Source of the DNA: an uncultured Bdellovibrionales bacterium
Lineage (GTDB): Bacteria > Patescibacteriota > Minisyncoccia > Moranbacterales > UBA9337
Length of the DNA stretch: 64,000 bases
NCBI GenBank assembly: GCA_964605525.1
Contig: CAZSCV010000006.1
Span: 434-64,433, forward strand
Direction: 5' to 3'
Position 1 is the stretch's first letter; each line of letters begins with the position of its first letter. Below, piece after piece: positions 57,358 to 64,000 of the stretch. The notes below the pieces were generated by a model, which was not told the DNA's origin, did no database searches, and was given only the letters and a program-made list of their open reading frames with translations. The position numbers and the translations under genes were made by a program.

Positions 57358-58848
57358 TTATGCCTTACTCCTCACTGGTGGAAAGATTACTGTTTCTCGG
57401 ACTGATTTGTTCATTAGGAAGGCGAAAAGGCGTTCGGAGAAGCCGAAGCCGAAGGCGGGGGGCATTCCATATTCCATCGCCTCGATAAAATCCTCATCCA
57501 GCATTTGCGCCTCCTTGTCTCCCGCTTCGCGAAGCTTTACCTGATCCTCAAATCTTTTTCTTTGTTCAATTGGATCATTAAGTTCGGAAAAAGCATTGCA
57601 AAGTTCAGATTTTCCCGCCACCAATTGCATACGCAAAACCTTTTTCGGATTATTTGGATCGCTTTTTGCCAAAGGAGAAACTTCGATCGGATGCCCGACC
57701 AAAAAACACGGCTGGATCATTTTTTGACGAACAGTTTTTTTGTAAATCGTATCAATCATTCTTCCTTTTCCATATTCTTTTTCATACTTAATTCCCAATT
57801 CATCCGCCTTCGCTTTTAAAGCTTCGGCGGACAAGTCCGCTTCATTTAAATCCAACCCTGTCTCTTTTTTGAAAGCGTCAAAATAATCAACTCTCGGAAA
57901 AGGTTTGTTCCAATCTATTTTATTGCCCTCGAACTCTGTTTCATACCCCCCGATAACATTAATAACAATAGTCTTGAAAAGCCTTTCGGAAAATTCCATT
58001 CCTTTTTCTAAATCCGAATAAGCCCAATAAAATTCCATATGATCAAATTCCTGGAGATGCTCACGATCCATTCCTTCATTGCGAAAAACCCTTCCAATTT
58101 CAAAAACCTTTTCATATCCACCCACTAAAAGCCTCTTGAGTGGAAGCTCCAGAGAAATGCGCAAATACAAATCTTCATCCAACGCGTTGTAATGCGTGAC
58201 AAAAGGATCCGCCTCCGCTCCGCCGGGAATATGTTCCAAGACCGGAGTTTGCACCTCCAGAAAATCTTCATTCACCAAAAAATTACGGATAGTTTGCCAA
58301 AAGATATTTTTCTTGCGAAAAAGTTTTCGCGTTTCGGAGTTAGAAAGCAAATCCAAATATCTTCTTCGCAAAAGCTCTTCCGTATCTTTGATGCCAAAAT
58401 GTTCAGTCGGAATTGGACGGATATTCTTACTCAGAACTTTCCAATCATGCACTTCCAAACTTTTTTCTTCCTTTTTTGTTTTGAAAAGTTTTCCACTTAC
58501 TTGGACAAAATCCCCCAGCTCAATATTTTTTACAAATAACTTATATTTGTCTTCGGGAATATTTTTCTTATTTAAAAATAATTGCATTCTTCCTGTTTCA
58601 TCTTCGATATGCGCAAATGCCGAACCGCCCATTGGTCGCAATGAACGGACACGTCCAACAAGAAAAATTTCATCTGTTATCGTGTCGAATTCATCCAGAG
58701 CCTCTCTATTGCTCATTGAACGCTCGGATTTTTCCGGAAATATTTCCATTCCGGATTCTCTCAAATTATTCAATTTTTCCAATTTAGTTTGCAAAATATC
58801 TTCTCTCATATTGATTTTTAGATTTTGATTAAGAAATTTATTAGACAT
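57358..58848 (-). CDS. lysS: Lysine--tRNA ligase (class II)
   Basis: N-terminal OB domain and class II motifs (GRVFRNEGMDREHLQEFDHMEFYWAY; GFGFSERL). Start MSNKFL. Confidence 0.9.
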   Translation of the reverse strand: MSNKFLNQNLKINMREDILQTKLEKLNNLRESGMEIFPEKSERSMSNREALDEFDTITDEIFLVGRVRSLRPMGGSAFAHIEDETGRMQLFLNKKNIPEDKYKLFVKNIELGDFVQVSGKLFKTKKEEKSLEVHDWKVLSKNIRPIPTEHFGIKDTEELLRRRYLDLLSNSETRKLFRKKNIFWQTIRNFLVNEDFLEVQTPVLEHIPGGAEADPFVTHYNALDEDLYLRISLELPLKRLLVGGYEKVFEIGRVFRNEGMDREHLQEFDHMEFYWAYSDLEKGMEFSERLFKTIVINVIGGYETEFEGNKIDWNKPFPRVDYFDAFKKETGLDLNEADLSAEALKAKADELGIKYEKEYGKGRMIDTIYKKTVRQKMIQPCFLVGHPIEVSPLAKSDPNNPKKVLRMQLVAGKSELCNAFSELNDPIEQRKRFEDQVKLREAGDKEAQMLDEDFIEAMEYGMPPAFGFGFSERLFAFLMNKSVRETVIFPPVRSKA

Positions 58849-58889
58849 TCCTAATTTACCGCATTTAAAGCAAAAATGCAATAAAACAA

Positions 58890-58925
58890 AAAAGAACAGA
58901 CTTTTAAAGTCTGTTCTTTTTTTAT
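58890..58925. terminator. Intrinsic terminator downstream of greA
   Basis: GAACAGACTTT-AA-AAGTCTGTTC flanked by A and T runs. Confidence 0.5.
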
Positions 58926-58941
58926 TATCCGCAGAGAATGC

Positions 58942-59397
58942 CTATTTCACTTCTAAAATTCTATATTTCACTTTTCCTCCCGGAGTTTCTACGACAACGT
59001 CATCTCCTTTGCACTTTTTCATAAAAGCTCTTCCCATCGGGGATTCATTGGAAATTTTCATTGATGCCGGATCAGTTTCATTGGATCCTACGATTTGAAA
59101 ATCCATTTCACTTCCATTAAATTTTACTTTTACCAAAGAACCCATCTCGACACAATCAGAATTGAATACCTTCTCAACAACTTCAGAATTTTTAATCATA
59201 ACTTCAAGTTGAACGATGCGTGTTTCATTTTCCGCTTGTTGACGCTTGGCTTCAGAGTATTCTGCATTCTCGCTCAAATCTCCCTGCTCTTTCGCTTCCT
59301 TGATTGCCTGGGCAATTTCCTGGCGAACAACTGTTTTTCTGTTTTCGAATTCATCTTGTAATTTCTTGAATCCTTCCTTTGTGATTAATCGTGCCAT
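58942..59397 (-). CDS. greA: Transcription elongation factor GreA
   Basis: MARLITKEGFKKLQDE...DLSENAEY. Confidence 0.9.
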   Translation of the reverse strand: MARLITKEGFKKLQDEFENRKTVVRQEIAQAIKEAKEQGDLSENAEYSEAKRQQAENETRIVQLEVMIKNSEVVEKVFNSDCVEMGSLVKVKFNGSEMDFQIVGSNETDPASMKISNESPMGRAFMKKCKGDDVVVETPGGKVKYRILEVK

Positions 59398-59656
59398 GTT
59401 TTTTGTTTTTCCTGCTAAATAATCAAATCAAGCAGAATTATAATTAGGTTAAATTACCAATAAAAAAGTACCACCCGAAAGCAGTAATTTGAGTTAAATT
59501 TTACAAAAACTTAATGCAATGATATCAGAATATCCATCAAAGTCAAGCTTCTGTATTAGAAGAGTACATCTTCTCTAAAATAAAGCTTTTCTTGAGTTTT
59601 ATACTTCAAGAATAACACCGCCTTTTTAACCAAAAAATTCAAACTTTTACACCACA

Positions 59657-60904
59657 CTATTCATATCGAAGTGCCTCCATCGGAGAAACCTGCGAAGCTT
59701 TGCGAGCAGGATACATTCCAAAAATTATTCCGATAATTATCGAAACCAATGCCGCTACAATCACCGACCAAAATGAAATTAAAAACGGCCAGGTATATCC
59801 AAGTGCTTGAACTATTTCCGAAATTACAAAAGAAAACAAAACCCCGATAATAATCCCGATCATTCCGCCTAAAAAGGATATCGTTGCCGATTCAACGAGA
59901 AATTGCCAGGCGATATCCAAATTTCTAGCTCCAATAGCCTTGCGGAGTCCCACCTCACGAATCCTTTGATTTACCGCAATCAGCATCACATTCATAATTC
60001 CCACCCCTCCGACAATCAAAGAAATAGTTCCGATGGATAAAAGAAAATATCTCAATACATCAGTAACATTGGAAATTGTTTCCACTGCCGCCGCCTGATC
60101 TCGCACGGAAAAATCATCATCGGCCGGATCGTCAATATCATGCTGGTCGCGTAAAGTTATCTTCGTATTTTCAATCGCTACGCCAATCAGATCACTGCTC
60201 CGCACTTTCAATCTCGCAAATCCAAGATGGTTTATTCCCAAGAGTAAATTTTGTGCAGTTCGAAGCGGAACATATATCGTATCATTCTGACTGGAAGTAC
60301 CGAAAGCTGCACTGCTCCTGTTTTTCAAAACCCCGATAACCGTGAAATTATTATCATCTATTTTTATTTTCTTATTCAAAGGATTTTCCGTCCCAAAAAT
60401 TTCTTCAGCCACAGAGTTTCCCAATACTGCCACTCTGGAAAGATTTATTTCTTCTTCTTCATTCAAAAATCTTCCTGTTTCTATTTCCGCATTTTCCACG
60501 TTAATATAACTTGCCGTCGTTCCTGTAAAAGAAAAAGAGGGATCTTCTTCCTCATATTTCACCTTGCCCGTTCCCATGACATATCCCGCAACATCCTCAA
60601 CTTCCGGGATATTTTTCCCATCTTTCATAGCTTGCAAATCATCATAAGTGAGAGTAGTAATAGAAATTCCCAATGCTGCTGCTGGCGGACCATCATCACT
60701 GGAAGCGCCCGGAAGAACTCCAATCAGATTCGAACCGATTCCGCGGATTTGATCAAGAATCAATTCTTGAGCAGAAAGACCCACTGCCATAATGATAATC
60801 ACTGAAGCTACTCCGATAATAATTCCCAAAATAGTTAAAAAAGAACGGAATTTCGCCGCTACCAAATTCTTATATGAAATTTTAATGGGATTCAAAATCT
60901 GCAT
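59657..60904 (-). CDS. MacB-family ABC transporter permease
   Basis: MacB topology. Paralog of 35351..36604. Confidence 0.8.
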   Translation of the reverse strand: MQILNPIKISYKNLVAAKFRSFLTILGIIIGVASVIIIMAVGLSAQELILDQIRGIGSNLIGVLPGASSDDGPPAAALGISITTLTYDDLQAMKDGKNIPEVEDVAGYVMGTGKVKYEEEDPSFSFTGTTASYINVENAEIETGRFLNEEEEINLSRVAVLGNSVAEEIFGTENPLNKKIKIDDNNFTVIGVLKNRSSAAFGTSSQNDTIYVPLRTAQNLLLGINHLGFARLKVRSSDLIGVAIENTKITLRDQHDIDDPADDDFSVRDQAAAVETISNVTDVLRYFLLSIGTISLIVGGVGIMNVMLIAVNQRIREVGLRKAIGARNLDIAWQFLVESATISFLGGMIGIIIGVLFSFVISEIVQALGYTWPFLISFWSVIVAALVSIIIGIIFGMYPARKASQVSPMEALRYE

Positions 60905-60924
60905 AACAGATTAATTTATAATTT

Positions 60925-61659
60925 TTATTTAAGCATTTCTCCATCTCGGGCAATTCTTCTTTCTTTGACAATTTCATCACTTGCGATTTTCCCGTCTTTC
61001 ACATATAAAATCCTCTTGGCATGCTGAGCGGTAAAAGTTTCATGGGTTACCAAAATAATCGTATGCCCTTCATTATTTAGTTTCTGTAAAATTTTCATTA
61101 TCTGCGTTCCGGATTTCGAATCCAAATTTCCCGTCGGTTCATCGGCAAAAATCAGGGCGGGATTATTTACCAAAGCTCTGGCAATCGCCACTCTTTGCTT
61201 TTCCCCTCCAGACAACTGATTGGAAAAATAATTCATCCGATGCTCCATCATAACCGAATTCAAAGCTTCTTTGATTTTTTCCTCATTACTCCGATCGCGC
61301 CCGATTATTTTTCGGTCGTATAACAAAGGTAATTCCACATTTTCAAAAACGGTTGTCCGCGGAAGCAAATTGAAAGTCTGAAAAACAAATCCGATTTTTT
61401 TGTTGCGCAAATCCGCCGAATAATCATCGGAAAAATCTTTAGTATTATTTCCATCAAAAAGATATTCTCCTTCGGTCGGTCGGTCCAGAAATCCCAAAAT
61501 TTGCATCAAAGTTGATTTTCCACTTCCGCTCGGTCCCATAATCGCCACAAACTCCCCTTTCTCCACGGAAAAATCAACCCCGGAAACCGCCTGGGTCTTT
61601 ACGCCTTCATTATCATAAGTCTTATAAAGATTTTTTACTTGTAATAGTGGAACTGTCAT
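60925..61659 (-). CDS. ABC transporter ATP-binding protein (MacB/LolD-type)
   Basis: GPSGSGKST, LSGGEKQRVAIARA, IFADEPTGNLD. Confidence 0.9.
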   Translation of the reverse strand: MTVPLLQVKNLYKTYDNEGVKTQAVSGVDFSVEKGEFVAIMGPSGSGKSTLMQILGFLDRPTEGEYLFDGNNTKDFSDDYSADLRNKKIGFVFQTFNLLPRTTVFENVELPLLYDRKIIGRDRSNEEKIKEALNSVMMEHRMNYFSNQLSGGEKQRVAIARALVNNPALIFADEPTGNLDSKSGTQIMKILQKLNNEGHTIILVTHETFTAQHAKRILYVKDGKIASDEIVKERRIARDGEMLK

Positions 61660-61667
61660 AAGAAAAA

Positions 61668-62663
61668 TTATTTCGAAAATGTTACCACTTTGTCGCCTTC
61701 ATTGATTCCGGAAATTATTTCGATCATCCCGCTATCGCCTTTGAGTCCCGTTTTTACTTCCACTTTTCTGGTTTTATTCTCTGCCAATAAAATTTCCACC
61801 ATCTTGACTCCATTTTCCGTTTTAACCGCCCGCTCGGGAATCATCAAAACATTTTCCTTTTTTGCCGTCAAAATATCCGCATCCAGACTCATTCCAATTT
61901 TTATTCTGTCATCAGATCCAATCAATTTCATTTTTGTTCTGTAATATACCACTCCTTGAATAACAGTCGAGGCAGGATCAATCTCCATCACTTCCGCTTC
62001 AAAAATATCCTCGTTGGAAAGCGCATCGAAAGTCGTTTCTGCTTTTTGTCCCGAACTCACTTCGGCAATATCCGACTCGGGAATATTTGATTCTATTTCC
62101 ATATTTCCTTCACCTGCAACAGAGATAACAGCCATTCCAACTGTTGCCACTTCTCCCTCCTCAATATCAACCGCTGTCACAACACCATTAAAAGGAGCAT
62201 AAATTTTGGTTTTTTCCATTTGATTTGCTACCGTCCTCACTGCCGCTCGCGCTTTTTCAGAGGTGTCTTTCTGGGCTTGTCTTTCTTCAGGCTTAAGAGA
62301 ATCCCAGTTTCTTCTGGCCAATTTTTCCGCTTCAACCTGAATGCTCAATGCCAACTTCGATTCTTCAAGTTGCGACTGCAAAACGCTGTCATCAACCTGA
62401 GCCAATAACTGCCCCTCAGTGACATTATCTCCAATTGAAACATCCACAAGGCTTGCCCGCCCAGAAAGTTCAAAAGCCAAATCGACTTGATTTTCAGAAA
62501 CCATCATTCCGGTAACTGACACTGTTCTTTTAATATCACCCCTTTTTACTTCTTCGGTAATATACTCGACGGCTGACTTCTTGGACTTTGAATACCAAAA
62601 ACCCCCTGCGATAATTATGGCAAACACAATAATCCAAATTATTCTTTTCTTTCCCTTTGACAT
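61668..62663 (-). CDS. HlyD/MacA-family periplasmic adaptor (membrane fusion protein)
   Basis: N-terminal TM, a coiled-coil hairpin and a beta-barrel domain. Confidence 0.8.
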   Translation of the reverse strand: MSKGKKRIIWIIVFAIIIAGGFWYSKSKKSAVEYITEEVKRGDIKRTVSVTGMMVSENQVDLAFELSGRASLVDVSIGDNVTEGQLLAQVDDSVLQSQLEESKLALSIQVEAEKLARRNWDSLKPEERQAQKDTSEKARAAVRTVANQMEKTKIYAPFNGVVTAVDIEEGEVATVGMAVISVAGEGNMEIESNIPESDIAEVSSGQKAETTFDALSNEDIFEAEVMEIDPASTVIQGVVYYRTKMKLIGSDDRIKIGMSLDADILTAKKENVLMIPERAVKTENGVKMVEILLAENKTRKVEVKTGLKGDSGMIEIISGINEGDKVVTFSK

Positions 62664-62717
62664 ATATTTTTTAAATTTTTTAAATTCTGCTTTCTGAAAT
62701 AAAATTTTTATAAAAAA

Positions 62718-63164
62718 TTATAGCAGTCTTACTTGTTTCTCTTTTTCATCCAATGCAAAATTAACCATCTCATCGGCAATTTTGTTTTTTTCTCTCGGCA
62801 CGTGAAAAAATGAAACTTTTCCAAAATCCAACATCAAATTCCAAATTTCAATAAAATATTTTTGAATTCTCTCTTCTTTTAATTTGTACTTGTGCGTGAG
62901 CTGTTTAACTACCAATTCGCTATCCAAAAAACATTCCAATTCTGTTTGTTTAGCCTTGGTTTTTCCCAACAGTACTTTTGTTTTTTGCAAACCCAAAATG
63001 AGCGCCTCATATTCCGCTTCATTGTTGGTTTTTTCTCCAATACATTCTCCGAATTTTTTTCCAAGAGTTTCTATCCAAACCCCCACTGCCGCCGGCCCAG
63101 GATTCCCCCGCGACCCGCCATCAGTATACATTACAATTTTTTCCATATGCAATAATTTTACCAT
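62718..63164 (-). CDS. rnhA: Ribonuclease HI
   Basis: YTDGGSRGNPG...NNEAEYEAL...D. The start is possibly the internal MEKIVMYTDGG. Confidence 0.85.
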   Translation of the reverse strand: MVKLLHMEKIVMYTDGGSRGNPGPAAVGVWIETLGKKFGECIGEKTNNEAEYEALILGLQKTKVLLGKTKAKQTELECFLDSELVVKQLTHKYKLKEERIQKYFIEIWNLMLDFGKVSFFHVPREKNKIADEMVNFALDEKEKQVRLL

Positions 63165-63239
63165 CCAAACGATTTACGGGCAAATAAAAAATCCCAACCC
63201 CTCTTTCGAGTGTCAGGATTTCATTTTACAAACCAAAAG

Positions 63240-63971
63240 CTAAACGGTTTCTTGGGATACAAACTTGCGCACATTCCAATAAATTATAATTATTAAAATC
63301 AACAACTGCAAAAAGCCCAACCAAATCCCAGAAATTATATTACCGTCCAAATAGGAAAAAATGCTACCAACCATAATAATAAACCATGAATCCCATGGCT
63401 CCATCCATGGCTGTTTTTCTTCCCTCATTAAATCTCGAATCAACGGAAGCGCAGCTATAGTCATTCCCACTAGCGAACAGATTAGCGCCCAAAATTTATT
63501 TTCAGCGAAAATAAATACAATGCCTGCTAAAAACACTACAACTGTCGTCAGTGAGTCCCATAATTTATCCCAACATATGTTTTTCCTCTTAAGAAGGACA
63601 AAGCAAATAAATGAGGTTCCAATCGTATAAGCTATCAACTGCAAGTTAAAATATCCTTGTTTAATTGATGCAATAGTTGCAATCACATCCAATAAAAACC
63701 ACAGCAACCACGTTGTAATTGAGGGGGGGAATTCTCTGATAAGAATTCTTTTTATATATAACCAGTAAACTAATATACTGGAAAGTATAATAAGAATTCC
63801 ATATCCACTAATCTTAACAGACAACTTATAGCCAAATACATCAATAAATGAATCAATGATACATTGGGATAATAGTTCCATAATTCTCTCCTTCAAAGAA
63901 TTGTTGGATGATTTATTGTAAAATGACTTCAATTTCCAGGATTTTTCCCAAAAAAATGAGATGTTTGACAC
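63240..63971 (-). CDS. Hypothetical polytopic membrane protein
   Basis: 243 aa with about 7 TM helices. Confidence 0.4.
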   Translation of the reverse strand: MSNISFFWEKSWKLKSFYNKSSNNSLKERIMELLSQCIIDSFIDVFGYKLSVKISGYGILIILSSILVYWLYIKRILIREFPPSITTWLLWFLLDVIATIASIKQGYFNLQLIAYTIGTSFICFVLLKRKNICWDKLWDSLTTVVVFLAGIVFIFAENKFWALICSLVGMTIAALPLIRDLMREEKQPWMEPWDSWFIIMVGSIFSYLDGNIISGIWLGFLQLLILIIIIYWNVRKFVSQETV

Positions 63972-64000
63972 ATCAATGAACAGTAGCGCATTTACACCAA

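Overview
The window is AT-rich (roughly mid-30s % GC by eye) and densely coded, with almost all genes on the minus strand, consistent with a small-genome, CPR/Patescibacteria-like bacterium. This assignment is inferred from gene content and composition only.

Housekeeping content includes ribosome recycling factor, RseP, FtsEX, RF2 with the classic +1 programmed frameshift, the pyruvate:ferredoxin oxidoreductase genes porGDAB, a reverse rubrerythrin, CTP synthase, L27, L9, GreA, RNase HI, Ham1 and Maf. Tyr-, Ser- and Lys-tRNA synthetases are present, together with a PheRS alpha subunit carrying a C-terminal FDX-ACB domain and a stand-alone PheT N-terminal tRNA-binding domain. There are three tRNAs (Lys-UUU, Gln-CUG, Thr-CGU) and an RNase P RNA (type A) at about 41.1-41.5 kb.

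Accessory content is dominated by cell-surface glycan biosynthesis: several GT4 glycosyltransferases, two GT-C ArnT/PMT-like membrane glycosyltransferases, a GT2-YdjC fusion, a WbaP-like priming transferase, two Wzz-like proteins and an O-antigen-ligase-like protein. There are also two secreted proteins with cohesin-like domains, one of which ends in a type-I dockerin repeat pair. A 3-kb island of about 50% GC encodes three secreted proteins, one with a LysM domain.

Non-coding highlights are an unassigned 450-nt GC-rich, hairpin-rich region next to tRNA-Gln, two copies of a MITE-like element with 28-30-bp terminal inverted repeats, a second inverted-repeat element, a 108-nt repeat present twice, heptamer tandem-repeat arrays near glycosyltransferase genes, and tRNA-Lys end fragments duplicated beside the tRNA. 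An imperfect palindrome ATTACCATAT-N-ATATKGTAAT is present at three sites, two of which flank a TrpR-family regulator. No CRISPR array, cas genes, integrase or transposase were seen.
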